DNA of 60,027 bases from Planctomycetota bacterium (lineage in GTDB: Bacteria; Latescibacterota; UBA2968; UBA8231): contig JBLHGI010000001.1 of NCBI GenBank assembly GCA_047616505.1, forward strand, positions 1-60,027, given 5' to 3'. This document shows, piece by piece, positions 19,596 through 29,781 of the stretch. The position numbers and the translations under genes are program-made. The notes below the pieces were generated by a model that saw only the letters and a list, made by a program, of their open reading frames with translations, was not told the DNA's origin and made no database searches. How positions within the stretch are numbered: the first letter of the stretch is position 1; the number at the start of each line of letters is the position of its first letter.

Positions 19596-20972
19596 ATGGC
19601 AACGCTTATGAAACCCAATATTGTACTGATAAACTGTGACGACCTCGGCTACGGCGACCTGGGTTGTTACGGCTCGCCCGTCAATAAAACGCCGGCCATC
19701 GATCGCATGGCCGCTGAGGGTATGCGCTTTACCGATTTTTATATGGCTTCGCCCGTTTGCTCGCCTTCTAGAGGCGCCATGCTCACTGGTTGTTACCCGC
19801 CGCGCATTGGTTTTGGTTCGTTTGACGGGCGCTGGGTGCTCTTTCCCGGCCAGGAATTGGGTTTGAACCCGGAGGAAATCACGATCGCCAAACTGCTAAA
19901 AGAGCAGGGTTATGCCACGCAGATCGTTGGCAAATGGCACTGCGGTGACCAGAAAGAGTTTTTGCCGACCCGTCACGGTTTCGATCACTATTACGGCATT
20001 CCCTATAGCAACGATATGGGCAGGCAAAAGGAAGACGACGTCTATCCGCCGCTGCCGCTTCTGCGCGACGAAGAGGTGGTGCAGGCCCAGCCCGACCAGC
20101 GCGGCATTACCGAGCGTTACGTGGAAGAGTGCGTGCGTTTTATGCGCGGGAGCGCAGCGGAGGAAACGCCGTTCTTTCTCTACTTGGCGCATATGCACGT
20201 GCACTTGCCGCACTATCCGCCGGAGCGCTTTGTGCGCGAGTCCGACAACGGCGTCTACGGGGCGGCCGTCGCCTGTATCGACTGGGCGACGGATGTATTG
20301 TTGTGCGAACTAGAGGCACTAGGACTCGACGATAATACGTTGGTCATTTTTACCAGCGACAACGGTTCGCGTGCGCGCGATGAAGGCGGCAGCAATGCGC
20401 CGCTGCGCAGCACGAAGGGCACGACTTGGGAGGGCGGTCAGCGCGTGCCGTGCATCGTGCGTTGGCCCGGCAATGTGGAGGCGGGTAGCATGTGTCAGGA
20501 GTTGGCGCTGTCGATGGATTTCTACCCGACGCTGGCTGGCATCGCAGGGGCTCAAGTGCCCACGGATCGCATTATCGACGGTAAGGACATGCGACCGCTA
20601 CTCTTTTCAGAACCGGGCGCCGAGTCTTCCCATGATGCTTTCTTCTACTATAAGCGCAACAGTATAGAGGCGGTGCGCAGCGATCAGTGGAAGCTGCACC
20701 TGCGCAAAGATGACACACCAGTACAGGAACTCTACGACTTGGAGGCGGATATCGGTGAGACGGATAATGTCTACGCAGAGCATCCGCAGGTGGTCAGCGA
20801 ACTGATGGAGAAAGTGGAGGCGTGTCGTCGCGATATTGGCGATGAGGCGGCCGGTGTAGAGGGCGAGAATATCCGCCCTATAGGGCGCGTAGAGAACCCG
20901 GGTACGCTGACGCATTTCGATCCGGAGCACCCTTATATGATTGCTATGTACGACCTCAAAGAGCGTGGTTAG
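19596..20972 (+). CDS. Cys-type arylsulfatase family protein with no signal peptide
   Basis: NCDDLGYGDLGCYGS and formylglycine motif CSPSRGAMLTG. The ATG at 19596 gives MATLMKPNIVLINCDD, so the catalytic domain starts at the N-terminus. Confidence 0.85.
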   Translation: MATLMKPNIVLINCDDLGYGDLGCYGSPVNKTPAIDRMAAEGMRFTDFYMASPVCSPSRGAMLTGCYPPRIGFGSFDGRWVLFPGQELGLNPEEITIAKLLKEQGYATQIVGKWHCGDQKEFLPTRHGFDHYYGIPYSNDMGRQKEDDVYPPLPLLRDEEVVQAQPDQRGITERYVEECVRFMRGSAAEETPFFLYLAHMHVHLPHYPPERFVRESDNGVYGAAVACIDWATDVLLCELEALGLDDNTLVIFTSDNGSRARDEGGSNAPLRSTKGTTWEGGQRVPCIVRWPGNVEAGSMCQELALSMDFYPTLAGIAGAQVPTDRIIDGKDMRPLLFSEPGAESSHDAFFYYKRNSIEAVRSDQWKLHLRKDDTPVQELYDLEADIGETDNVYAEHPQVVSELMEKVEACRRDIGDEAAGVEGENIRPIGRVENPGTLTHFDPEHPYMIAMYDLKERG

Positions 20973-20995
20973 AACTCATTCAAGGAGCACAATTA

Positions 20996-21700
20996 TTGAC
21001 CGAACTTTTCCTGATTCGCCACGGCCAATCGAGTAACAACGCGCTAGCAGATCAATCCCGGCGCGTTTGCGACCCCGAGTTGACGGAGATCGGCTTGGTG
21101 CAAGCCGAGAAAGTCGCCGCCTTTTTGGCAGAGCGCGGGCACCTAGTGGGCACCGGCGTTTCTGCTGCGGATGGGCCGGCGCTAGATCGTCTCTATTGCA
21201 GCGCTATGATCCGTGCTCTACACACGGCGGCGCCCATTGGCAAAGCGCTGGGCCTGCGCCCAGAAGCTTGGGTGGATATTCACGAAACGGGTGGCATCTT
21301 TTTGGATCGACCGGACGGCAGCGGCGTCGATAGCTTTCCCGGTGAGGGGCGCAGCGCGATTCTCGCCCGTTTTCCCGACTGCGTATTGCCCGAAGCCATC
21401 GGTGAAGAAGGCTGGTGGAACGGGGACCGCGAGAGTGCCGAAGCCGGCCAGCAGCGGGCGCTGAGCATAGCGCAGATACTGCGGCGGCAAGCGACGGCTG
21501 GCGAGCGCATTGGTCTGGTGACACACGGAGATTTTATGAGTCACTTGATCAAGGCATTGCTCGGTGTAGAGCAGGGGCCAGAAGTGTACATAGACCACCG
21601 CAACACGGCGATCACCTGTCTGAAAATTCCACCCGGAGAAGGGATCGTAGTCGGGTATGCCAACCGCTTTGAACATTTAGAAAAAGCGCAGATCACTTAA
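20996..21700 (+). CDS. Histidine phosphatase (phosphoglycerate-mutase-like) family protein
   Basis: LIRHGQSSNN (RHG motif). TTG start preceded by AGGAG. Confidence 0.75.
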   Translation: MTELFLIRHGQSSNNALADQSRRVCDPELTEIGLVQAEKVAAFLAERGHLVGTGVSAADGPALDRLYCSAMIRALHTAAPIGKALGLRPEAWVDIHETGGIFLDRPDGSGVDSFPGEGRSAILARFPDCVLPEAIGEEGWWNGDRESAEAGQQRALSIAQILRRQATAGERIGLVTHGDFMSHLIKALLGVEQGPEVYIDHRNTAITCLKIPPGEGIVVGYANRFEHLEKAQIT

Positions 21701-21716
21701 GACGGAGGACCGATCC

Positions 21717-22508
21717 ATGAACGAAGATGAAAAGTATCTCTTCGATCTCAATGGTTATCTATTGCTCAAGAACGTGCTGACGGCGGCGGAAGTGGCCGAA
21801 CTCAATACGGGTATCGACCACCACCGCGAACAGTTGCAGGAGAGAGAGGGGTCGTTAGCCGGCGGATCTAAAGCCTTGGAAGGCACGTCGCACCGCAAAG
21901 ACTTGGGCGGCATGCTGGCCTGGGAACGCCCCTTTTGCGAACCCTTTCGCCGCTTGCTGATACACGAGCGTATCAAACCCTTTCTCGAAGAGATATTGGG
22001 TCGGGGCTATCGGCTAGACCACGGGCCGGGACTCATTGCCATGGACGCGGGCTGCGAAGGTGGCACGCTGCACGGTGGTGGGATCGAGCGGGCGGATATA
22101 TCGGAGGCCTATTTTTTTAAGGGTGGACGTATCTATACGGGACTAACGGTGGTAGAGTATTTGCTGGCCGACGAGGGACCAGGTGAAGGGGGAGTGGCCG
22201 TAGTGCCCGGCAGCCACAAGGCCAACCTAGCTTGTCCCGATGCGATGAAGCATTGGGAAAAGCACCAGGAGCACGTGCTCGAGCTAAACGGCCAGGCCGG
22301 CGATGTCGTGATCTTTACGGAAACGCTGACGCACGGCACGTTGCCGTGGACGGGACAGCACGAGCGCCGCGCGCTGCTGTATAAGTTCAGCCCGGGTTCG
22401 GTGGCCTATGGCGGCGGCGCACACGATATATCCTACGCTGCCTATATCGAAGATATGAGCGAGGAAGAGCGCGCCGTGATGGAGGCGCCACACCTTCGGC
22501 GCGGTTGA
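21717..22508 (+). CDS. PhyH family dioxygenase
   Basis: N-terminus YLFDLNGYLLLKNVL, VVPGSHKAN and GDVVIFTETLTHG. GGAGG RBS. Confidence 0.7.
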   Translation: MNEDEKYLFDLNGYLLLKNVLTAAEVAELNTGIDHHREQLQEREGSLAGGSKALEGTSHRKDLGGMLAWERPFCEPFRRLLIHERIKPFLEEILGRGYRLDHGPGLIAMDAGCEGGTLHGGGIERADISEAYFFKGGRIYTGLTVVEYLLADEGPGEGGVAVVPGSHKANLACPDAMKHWEKHQEHVLELNGQAGDVVIFTETLTHGTLPWTGQHERRALLYKFSPGSVAYGGGAHDISYAAYIEDMSEEERAVMEAPHLRRG

Positions 22509-22546
22509 GTGCTGTTCTCTCCGCCTAGAGCCGCTCTAGTCGCCGT

Positions 22547-23194
22547 CTAAAAGACGAGCTGCGTGTACTCTTCGTAGCGGTGAAAACTGGCCTGAGAAAA
22601 GGCCGCCGTCGAAGAGAGCTCGGGGTTTTCGAGCCCGCCCGTGCAGTTGTAGCGACAGACGGCAATCTGCCAGGCCGTCCCCTGGGTGGGGATGCCCTTT
22701 GCGCCAAATGCCTGCCACGGCACGCAGGCTTCTACGGCCCAATGGCCGTCGCCAATGTGGACGCGTTTTTTTGTGTGGCTATTAGGAGCGAGAACGCGCT
22801 CCCACGCTATCTCGCCGCCCATAAATTTCTCGCGGTCCGGGATATAAATATCCATAATCAAGTTGTTGGGCGTGACGTGAATTTCCCAATAGTCGGAACG
22901 CTCGTCGCCGGGTTTGACAAAGAATTCGGCCACGTCGCCCAGGGTCCACATCTTTTGGTTGTCAGCGGTGGCGCGCGAAAAGATCTCGCCGTCCTGCATA
23001 TAGATATAAAAACAGAGGCCCTCGCCGAAGGCGCCGATATAGACGTGAGCGTTCTCGCTGGGCAGGCTGTCGGGACCTTTCCAAAACTGACCTAGCGCGA
23101 GCTGGGCGCAGTGGCTGTATTTTTTTGGACGGTCGCTGCCGAAATCGGCGGTTGCGCCGGAGATGCGGGCGCAGGCAATGGATGCTTCGTTCAT
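22547..23194 (-). CDS. Carbohydrate-binding family 9-like domain protein
   Basis: The pattern GDVAEFFVKPGDERSDYWEIHVTPNN...WAVEACVPW resembles CBM9/DOMON-like modules. A weak call made by eye. Confidence 0.45.
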   Translation of the reverse strand: MNEASIACARISGATADFGSDRPKKYSHCAQLALGQFWKGPDSLPSENAHVYIGAFGEGLCFYIYMQDGEIFSRATADNQKMWTLGDVAEFFVKPGDERSDYWEIHVTPNNLIMDIYIPDREKFMGGEIAWERVLAPNSHTKKRVHIGDGHWAVEACVPWQAFGAKGIPTQGTAWQIAVCRYNCTGGLENPELSSTAAFSQASFHRYEEYTQLVF

Positions 23195-23248
23195 ATTTGT
23201 ATCCTCGACCTTAGACTAAATTAATGGTGTTGTAAATCTCTTGTACCC

Positions 23249-24088
23249 TCATACCACGCCCCAGCGCACCTTGCCCGCCTCGCGCTGGCGCTCGCCATCC
23301 CACTTTTCGTCGAGCGCAAACTCGCGTCCCAACCAGAGTGCTTGTCGCTGTTCATTCGTTAGCGCGGCGCGCAGTTCTTCCGTGAGACATTCTTCAAAGC
23401 GGTAGCGGTGGTTGTTGCTACCCGCTTCGCGAAAGAGCCAGTGGTGCATCAAGCGCCCTTCGTCTGAATTGTTGAGCCAGGTGGCGTGGAAGATTCTCGA
23501 CGAGCGTACCAAGAGCTGGTCCGGGCGCAGCTCAAGTGAGACTTCTCCCGGTAACTCGACGTCGGACACGGTGCGTAGTGCTTCGTCGCTGCCGCGTACT
23601 TGTCGCCGCCGTTCTTCTACATCGGCTATAAATTCGTCGGCTGGGCCGATATGCGAACCGGGTATCACACGCAGGCAGCCGTTGTGCGGCGACGAGCCGG
23701 AAAAGTAGTGCATAAACTCGACGTATTTGTCGCCAGAGTCGCGGTGCCAGACGAAAGACATGCCCGGCGCTAGCTCGTTGATGCCGCCGTTGCGATAGTA
23801 GATATCGTCATCATTGGCCAGTTGGCGCGCCAGCTCGACGATTCCCGGGTGCAACTCCATCTGCAAAAAAGCCAGCGAGTGGTCTAGGGCACACCAATAG
23901 GAATCGGGCATCTGCGGCGGCAGGCGAAAGTGGTTGCCTTTGGTGTCAGTAGTGTTGAGCTCGGGGTCGATGGCGATTTTTTCCACGGCTTGTAGTGCCG
24001 CTTGCGTCAGGGCGGCGGGAAAGGGGCAGTCGACGATGACGTAGCCTTGGGTCTGATACTTTTCTAATTGCTCAGCGCTAAATTGCAT
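23249..24088 (-). CDS. PhyH family dioxygenase
   Basis: MQFSAEQLEKYQTQGYVIV, HxD (FVWHRDSGD), VIPGSH and RIFHATW. I prefer the ATG at 24088, preceded by GGGAG. Confidence 0.8.
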   Translation of the reverse strand: MQFSAEQLEKYQTQGYVIVDCPFPAALTQAALQAVEKIAIDPELNTTDTKGNHFRLPPQMPDSYWCALDHSLAFLQMELHPGIVELARQLANDDDIYYRNGGINELAPGMSFVWHRDSGDKYVEFMHYFSGSSPHNGCLRVIPGSHIGPADEFIADVEERRRQVRGSDEALRTVSDVELPGEVSLELRPDQLLVRSSRIFHATWLNNSDEGRLMHHWLFREAGSNNHRYRFEECLTEELRAALTNEQRQALWLGREFALDEKWDGERQREAGKVRWGVV

Positions 24089-24595
24089 GGATAGCTCCCG
24101 ATTGCTGCAAATGATTTTGTCAAGCATATAGTATGAAGCAAAATGGCGCCACGCGACTTATGGTAGAAAATAGACTCCCTGGTATCGCGTGTCTACGCTC
24201 TGGAAAATGCAACCACTGCCTATCGCGATCTGAGCGAACGCAGGGACGAGGTGCTCGGCGCATTTTCGACTGGAACTAATTCCTACAGGCCGCACCCATC
24301 ACCACCCGTTAGGTCCTACGATTTGATCTTTTGCATTTTTCTTTTTTTATGCGCCCCCAGCTATCAGGTGCGTTCGAAGTGGCTACCTGCTCGATCCACA
24401 CAAAGCTCATGCGCTCGCCGCCCGGCAAATGTCTATTGTGCCGCGCATGAATATCCGTCGGTGCTGGCTTTGCAGGCTTTGCGTTATAGCACCGTCGGGT
24501 TATATGTTATGCCCGAACGCGCGCGAGTCCCCTTGGCAAAAGATAGAGACATCACAGGCATAAAGAATCGCGACAGAAAACTATAGAAAGCCGCT

Positions 24596-26620
24596 ATGGA
24601 CCTCGTTTTTTGCTGTAGTCCCGACAACGATCTGTATCGCATCCTCAGCGCTCATTTCGACGCTTTGCCCCGCTGCGATACGTTCTCAGATGCACTTGAT
24701 TTAGTTCCCGAAGAGGGCGCAATCTTGGCGCTGGCCGACGACTATCCACGCCCGCTGCTATCGTTGAGTGTCGCCGATCTGGAGCGAGCCAACAACAAAC
24801 GTCTGCGCCTCTTCTTAGAGTATCCAGCCCACCTACCTGGTCTCAATCTAGGCGAACCACAGTCGACCGAGTGGGAGCGCGCTGTCGTTGCGTCCGACTT
24901 TTTTTCACCCGCTCTAGAGAAGGAACGCATCCTCGCCCTGCACGGCTGCTGGCACTTACCGGTCGAGGTCGAAGAAGCTCATTTGAGCGTGTCGCGGATT
25001 GCTGGGTATCACCGCGCCGTCTACGGTATCCCCGATAATTCGGCTCCTCTGCTCTTCGAGTGGTCGGCGGGCAATGCGCTCGTGGCAACTACCGCACTGA
25101 GCTGTTTTGTCACGGCCCGCTATGCTCCGACATCCGCTTGGAAAACGATCTGGCAACGCCTATTGCACTGGCTGTTGCCCGCCGCCGACCTACCCGTGCT
25201 TTCCTGGCAGCCGTCTGTGGGCCTGACGGCTGCGGCGGCCGAGGCGCTGCCCGCCGACAGTGAGCGCCGCGCCTTTATCCGTTCGACCTCTTTTTTCCGC
25301 GACCACGTTCTCTACAGTATCGACTGGAAGAAAGGGGCGCATGAGGGTTTTGAAGCAGGTATCGACCATCGGGGACGCCAGCTGCGCCGCGCCTGGGTGC
25401 GCGCCGACTGCACCGCCGAAAGCGCCCTCGTCTTCGCCCACGACGCCCAGCTCTCAGGCGATCCTTCGAGCCGTTTGCGCGCCGGCCAACTGCTCGACTA
25501 CGTGTTTTCGGCACCCGATTTTTTTCACGATGATCCGGCCGATCCAGCCTGGGGGTTGGTCAACTGGTTCGAGCGCGGTCCCGCCTATTATGGCGACGAC
25601 AATGCGCGCGTGCTGCTAGCTGCGATGGGCAGTGCGCAGCTGTTAAACGATGGGCGCTGGGACGAGCGCATCCTGCGCTGCTTGTTGGGAAATTTGCGCA
25701 CCACCGGACCGCAGGGTTTTCGCCAGCGCCGCATCGACCAGCATCATTTTAACGAGCGCGGCGGTTGGACCGCGTTTCGCGATACGGAGCATATCCACCA
25801 CGCGCCCCACTATCAGGCCTATCTATGGGCAGCTTTTCTTTGGGCGCACGAGTTGACCGGCCATCAACCGTTTCTCGAATTGCCGCGTCGTGCCATCCGC
25901 GCTACCGTAGAGGCCTATCCCAATGGTTGGCAGTGGACCAATGGTCTAGCCCAAGAAATAGCCCGCCTGCTGCTGCCGCTGGCCTTTTTAGTGCGCGTCG
26001 ATGATACGCCCGAACACCGCGCTTGGCTGCGACAAATGGCCGATGAATTACTCGCTCTGATGCCGCCGTGCGGCGCTGTGCGCGAAACACTGGGGGCCCA
26101 CGGTTTAGGCGCCTATGGTCCTCCGGAGAGCAACGAGGCGTATGGCACCCGCGAAGCTACGCTCGTACAGGAAGAGGGCGATCCGGTTTGCGACTTGCTC
26201 TACACCACTAATTTTGCCTTTTTGGGGCTGCACGAAGCAGCGGCGGCGACGGGTTGGTCCGACTTGGACGAGGCGGCCGACCAACTCGCCGATTTCCTCT
26301 GTCGAATTCAGGTAGTCTCACAGGCCCAACCCTATCTCAACGGCGCCTGGATGCGCTCTTTCGACTATGAGTTGTGGGAGTATTGGGGGAGTTCGGCGGA
26401 TCTGGGTTGGGGTGCTTGGTGCGTGGAGACGGGGTGGACCAATACGTGGATCGCCTCCGTGCTGGCCATGCGCCAGAGGCAGGCGACGCTTTTCGATACG
26501 GCGCTCAAAGAGCGTTTCACGGTGTTGTTTCCGAATCTATTACGAGAAATGACAGATTCCAAGACGGGGTCGGTTATAGAGGTGGGTGGCGATGTGCTAC
26601 AGGCACCGGGATCGGAGTAG
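24596..26620 (+). CDS. Hypothetical protein (674 aa)
   Basis: Long ORF with Trp-rich, glycoside-hydrolase-like composition but no motif I can name. First gene of a three-gene + strand cluster. Confidence 0.6.
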   Translation: MDLVFCCSPDNDLYRILSAHFDALPRCDTFSDALDLVPEEGAILALADDYPRPLLSLSVADLERANNKRLRLFLEYPAHLPGLNLGEPQSTEWERAVVASDFFSPALEKERILALHGCWHLPVEVEEAHLSVSRIAGYHRAVYGIPDNSAPLLFEWSAGNALVATTALSCFVTARYAPTSAWKTIWQRLLHWLLPAADLPVLSWQPSVGLTAAAAEALPADSERRAFIRSTSFFRDHVLYSIDWKKGAHEGFEAGIDHRGRQLRRAWVRADCTAESALVFAHDAQLSGDPSSRLRAGQLLDYVFSAPDFFHDDPADPAWGLVNWFERGPAYYGDDNARVLLAAMGSAQLLNDGRWDERILRCLLGNLRTTGPQGFRQRRIDQHHFNERGGWTAFRDTEHIHHAPHYQAYLWAAFLWAHELTGHQPFLELPRRAIRATVEAYPNGWQWTNGLAQEIARLLLPLAFLVRVDDTPEHRAWLRQMADELLALMPPCGAVRETLGAHGLGAYGPPESNEAYGTREATLVQEEGDPVCDLLYTTNFAFLGLHEAAAATGWSDLDEAADQLADFLCRIQVVSQAQPYLNGAWMRSFDYELWEYWGSSADLGWGAWCVETGWTNTWIASVLAMRQRQATLFDTALKERFTVLFPNLLREMTDSKTGSVIEVGGDVLQAPGSE

Positions 26621-26699
26621 TGCGGCCATTTCCCAGCCGAGGTCCAACGGTCGTATGCGGCGATAGTGTGCTTATCGCGATGCAATTTGTCCACAGAGA

Positions 26700-27920
26700 A
26701 TGGGAGCTATGCAAGAAGAAAAAGACTACCAAGTGCGCGCTACACACTGCAATCACCAAGCGTCACTCGACGAAATATACCAGAAGCTAAAAGAGATCAC
26801 GGCGCCGCTGGCGCGCTCGTGGGACAAGATCGAAAAGGCGCAGAGAATTGGCATCAAAGTCAATATGCAGTTTCGTTCGCAGGATATTCGTTTTATCGGC
26901 GGCCGCCGCCAAGAATTGGTCGACGACGATGTGCTGCGCGCCTCGCTGAAATTATTGCGCGAGCGCTCCGACGCCGAAATCTTTGCGCTCGATACCAGCA
27001 CAGCGCCTGCGGGCCAACGCCCCGGTGACGACTTTAATACCAAGTCTATTTTAGACGAGTATGGCGTGTCCTATGTCGAGGCGGGTGACCCGCCCTTTGA
27101 ACGCTATAAAGTGCCGGGTGGCGGGCTGATGTTTTCCGAATACCAGCTTTCGGCGGCGCTGGGCGAAGCGGATGCGTTTGTGTCGATTGCGAAGATGAAA
27201 AACCACGGTTTTATGGGTATCACGCTGTGTTTGAAAAATCTCTTTGGTCTGCCGCCGATCCCGCCGCACGGTCGCTTGCGCACGTATTTTCATCACGTTA
27301 TTCGCCTCTCCTATGTCCTGCCTGACTTGGGTATGATCGCCCAGCCGTGTTTGAATATTATCGACGGCCTAACGGGACAGGCGCGCATGGAATGGCACGG
27401 CGAGGGCCGCATCGCCGACTGTTTAGTCGCCGGTGATCAGGTCATTGCCACGGATGCCTGCGGTTCGCATCTGATGGGCACAGACCCACGGCTAGACTGG
27501 CCTACGCCGCCTTTTCGCCGCGACCGCAGCCCGGTGGCCGTGGCGGCCGAGCATGGCTTTGGCATGGCCAACCTCGATGAGATCGACTTTGCGATGGACG
27601 GTCTGGTGCTGCCGGTGGCCGAGTTTGATTCGGTCGAGACAGATCCGCCAGAAGTGATCGCTCAGCTGCGGCGCACGGCCAGCGAGCAGGCGCTATTTTA
27701 CCGCGATAACCGCGATAAGATTTTGGCTGACCACGCGGGAAATTATGTCTTCTTGCAGGATGGTGAAGTAATCTGGTCTGGGGCGGAGCCGCAGCGGGCC
27801 GGGGCGGTACAGGAGATTGCTGCGCGCAAAAAGGATCAGGCTGTTTGGCTGAAACTAGTCGACGAAGAAGAGCGAGAGGGCGAGCACATGGAAGTCTACG
27901 AGAAAATCCTCGCGGATTGA
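26700..27920 (+). CDS. DUF362 domain protein
   Basis: IGIKVNM... and SIAKMKNHGFMGITLCLKNLFG, characteristic of DUF362. Confidence 0.7.
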   Translation: MGAMQEEKDYQVRATHCNHQASLDEIYQKLKEITAPLARSWDKIEKAQRIGIKVNMQFRSQDIRFIGGRRQELVDDDVLRASLKLLRERSDAEIFALDTSTAPAGQRPGDDFNTKSILDEYGVSYVEAGDPPFERYKVPGGGLMFSEYQLSAALGEADAFVSIAKMKNHGFMGITLCLKNLFGLPPIPPHGRLRTYFHHVIRLSYVLPDLGMIAQPCLNIIDGLTGQARMEWHGEGRIADCLVAGDQVIATDACGSHLMGTDPRLDWPTPPFRRDRSPVAVAAEHGFGMANLDEIDFAMDGLVLPVAEFDSVETDPPEVIAQLRRTASEQALFYRDNRDKILADHAGNYVFLQDGEVIWSGAEPQRAGAVQEIAARKKDQAVWLKLVDEEEREGEHMEVYEKILAD

Positions 27921-27941
27921 TTTCTAACGGGTGATAAAACG

Positions 27942-28658
27942 ATGAACGCATTGAATCACGAGCACTACAAGGAAAAGGGCTGGGCCGTCGTCGAAGGTCT
28001 TTTTGGCGCCGACGAGTGCGAAACGCTCATAGAGCATATGCTGGACTTACAGGTGGGCAAAAAAACGCTGGAAGGGTTTGCGCCGCGCGAAGCCGATGAC
28101 TGGAACCGCACGCACAACCAGCACTGGTACGACGCACAGGCGCGTAAGTGGTTGATTGCTCCCGCCCTGCGCGAACCGCTGCGGCAATGTTTAGACGACG
28201 AGCCCGAGGGCATACAGACGATGTACTTCTGGATTGGCTCAGAGCAGGGTCGGCACCAGGACCAATACTATTTGCCGGGCTGTATGTCGGCGTGGATTGC
28301 GCTGACGGACGTCGACGAAAAAAATGGCACGATCTGGGTCCAGTCGGGCTCGCACAAAGGCCGTCTGCTAAAAAAAGACGACTTTGCCGAGGGCGGCGAG
28401 TTTTTTGATTGGGACTACAACGAGGCGGTCGACGAGCTTTTTCGCCGCAACGATTTGCCGGAAGAAGTCGTGCGCGTCCGGCGCGGCGACGTGGTCTTTT
28501 TTGACGGTGTGCTCGTGCACCGCGGCGGTCCGATCGGCCAGCCCGGTTCTTTCCGCCACGTGCTGGCTAACCACTATATCGCCCGCGGTTTGGCCGACTG
28601 GCCGCACGTGCGCTGGCCGCGCGTCTCCTTTGACGGCGGCCAGCGCTTTACGGAGTGA
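27942..28658 (+). CDS. PhyH family dioxygenase
   Basis: GRHQDQYY (HxD), VQSGSHKG and VLVHRGGP. Confidence 0.8.
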   Translation: MNALNHEHYKEKGWAVVEGLFGADECETLIEHMLDLQVGKKTLEGFAPREADDWNRTHNQHWYDAQARKWLIAPALREPLRQCLDDEPEGIQTMYFWIGSEQGRHQDQYYLPGCMSAWIALTDVDEKNGTIWVQSGSHKGRLLKKDDFAEGGEFFDWDYNEAVDELFRRNDLPEEVVRVRRGDVVFFDGVLVHRGGPIGQPGSFRHVLANHYIARGLADWPHVRWPRVSFDGGQRFTE

Positions 28659-28697
28659 ATTTATGCAAAGGGCGAGGCAGACAGCGGCTAATGTTGC

Positions 28698-29684
28698 TCA
28701 AGTTTCGTCCGTCACCGCCTGTATCATAGCTTGGATATAACCAAACTCGTAGGCCCAGGCCTGGCGCATGCTATGCGGGTCCTTGTGGCCCGGCGCGTGG
28801 TCGGGCACGCACATGTGCTGGTAGCCGACCTCTTTGAGCGCCTGCATATTGCGGTGCATATTCATCACGCCCTCATCGGGCCAAACTTCCTGAAATTTGT
28901 TGCGTTTGCCGACGATATTGCGGAAGTGGACGAGGAAGATTTTGTCGCGCGAACCGAGGTAGCGAATGATCTCGGGGACTTCGCTGCACGGGTCTTCGAC
29001 GCTCTCGGCCATACAGCCCAAACAGAGGTTGACGCCGTGGTAGAGGCTGGGGCAAATCTCAACGAAGTGTTTAAAACCTTCGAAACCGCCCATGACGCGG
29101 TCGACGCCTTTGAAGTTGGGCGGCAGCCAGGGGTCGCAGGGGTGACAAGCCAGGCGAACCTTGCACTCGGTGGCCACGGGGACTACGCGCTCGAGAAAAT
29201 AGGTGATGCGGCGCCAGTTTTCCTCCGCATCGACCCTTTCTTCGTAGCGGGGCGTATCGGCGTCGGCTTTCTCCAAATCCCACGTGCTGTAGATAGACCC
29301 ACCGCGGCCGGGAGGCGTGCTTTCGGTGCGCTGGTTTTCGAGGGCGCAGAGATAGTACTTGATCGCCGGGATACCGGCCTCGGCGGCCTGGCGCACCATG
29401 TTGATAACTAATTCAATCTCCTTATCGCCCTCGGCGTAGTTGCCCATCATAAAGTTGGGCACGCCGTCGCCGTTGATATTGAGATGGGCCATGGGCAGGG
29501 CGACCATTTCCATATCGATGCCAAAGCGGGCGCACTTCTCCTTCTTTTCGACCAACTCCTCGACATCCCAGCCGTAGGCGCGATGGAAGGTGATAAAATT
29601 CTCGTTCTTGCTGGCCACGCCGTGGCGGGCGAGATATTCGAGGTCTTCGTCCGAGGTGTTAAATTGCTGAGTGCCGACGTGCAT
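28698..29684 (-). CDS. uxuA: Mannonate dehydratase (UxuA) family / xylose-isomerase-like TIM barrel
   Basis: VRLACHPCDP, KIFLVHFRN, DEGVMNMHRNMQALKEVGY and VPDHAP are collinear with E. coli UxuA (HPDDP, RIYFTHLR, GDVDMYEVVKAI, RPDHG; from memory). The ATG at 29684 has a strong AAGGAG RBS. Confidence 0.65.
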   Translation of the reverse strand: MHVGTQQFNTSDEDLEYLARHGVASKNENFITFHRAYGWDVEELVEKKEKCARFGIDMEMVALPMAHLNINGDGVPNFMMGNYAEGDKEIELVINMVRQAAEAGIPAIKYYLCALENQRTESTPPGRGGSIYSTWDLEKADADTPRYEERVDAEENWRRITYFLERVVPVATECKVRLACHPCDPWLPPNFKGVDRVMGGFEGFKHFVEICPSLYHGVNLCLGCMAESVEDPCSEVPEIIRYLGSRDKIFLVHFRNIVGKRNKFQEVWPDEGVMNMHRNMQALKEVGYQHMCVPDHAPGHKDPHSMRQAWAYEFGYIQAMIQAVTDET

Positions 29685-29781
29685 AATGAGCTCCTTGTTA
29701 AGCGCTTTGTTATTGGGTGCGGGCGCACTCATAGTTGCGGGGTTGGAAATGAGCACGATGGCGTGACCATAACGAGTCTCT

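Noticed and set aside
24128-24595. 111-aa ORF 24251..24586 and the surrounding 468-bp gap. One frame reads DSLVSRVYALENATTAYRDLSERRDEVLGA, faintly reminiscent of a dehydrogenase C-terminus.
   Set aside because: The similarity is too weak to call by eye, and there is no RBS or start context. I left the gap unannotated. It may be another relic.
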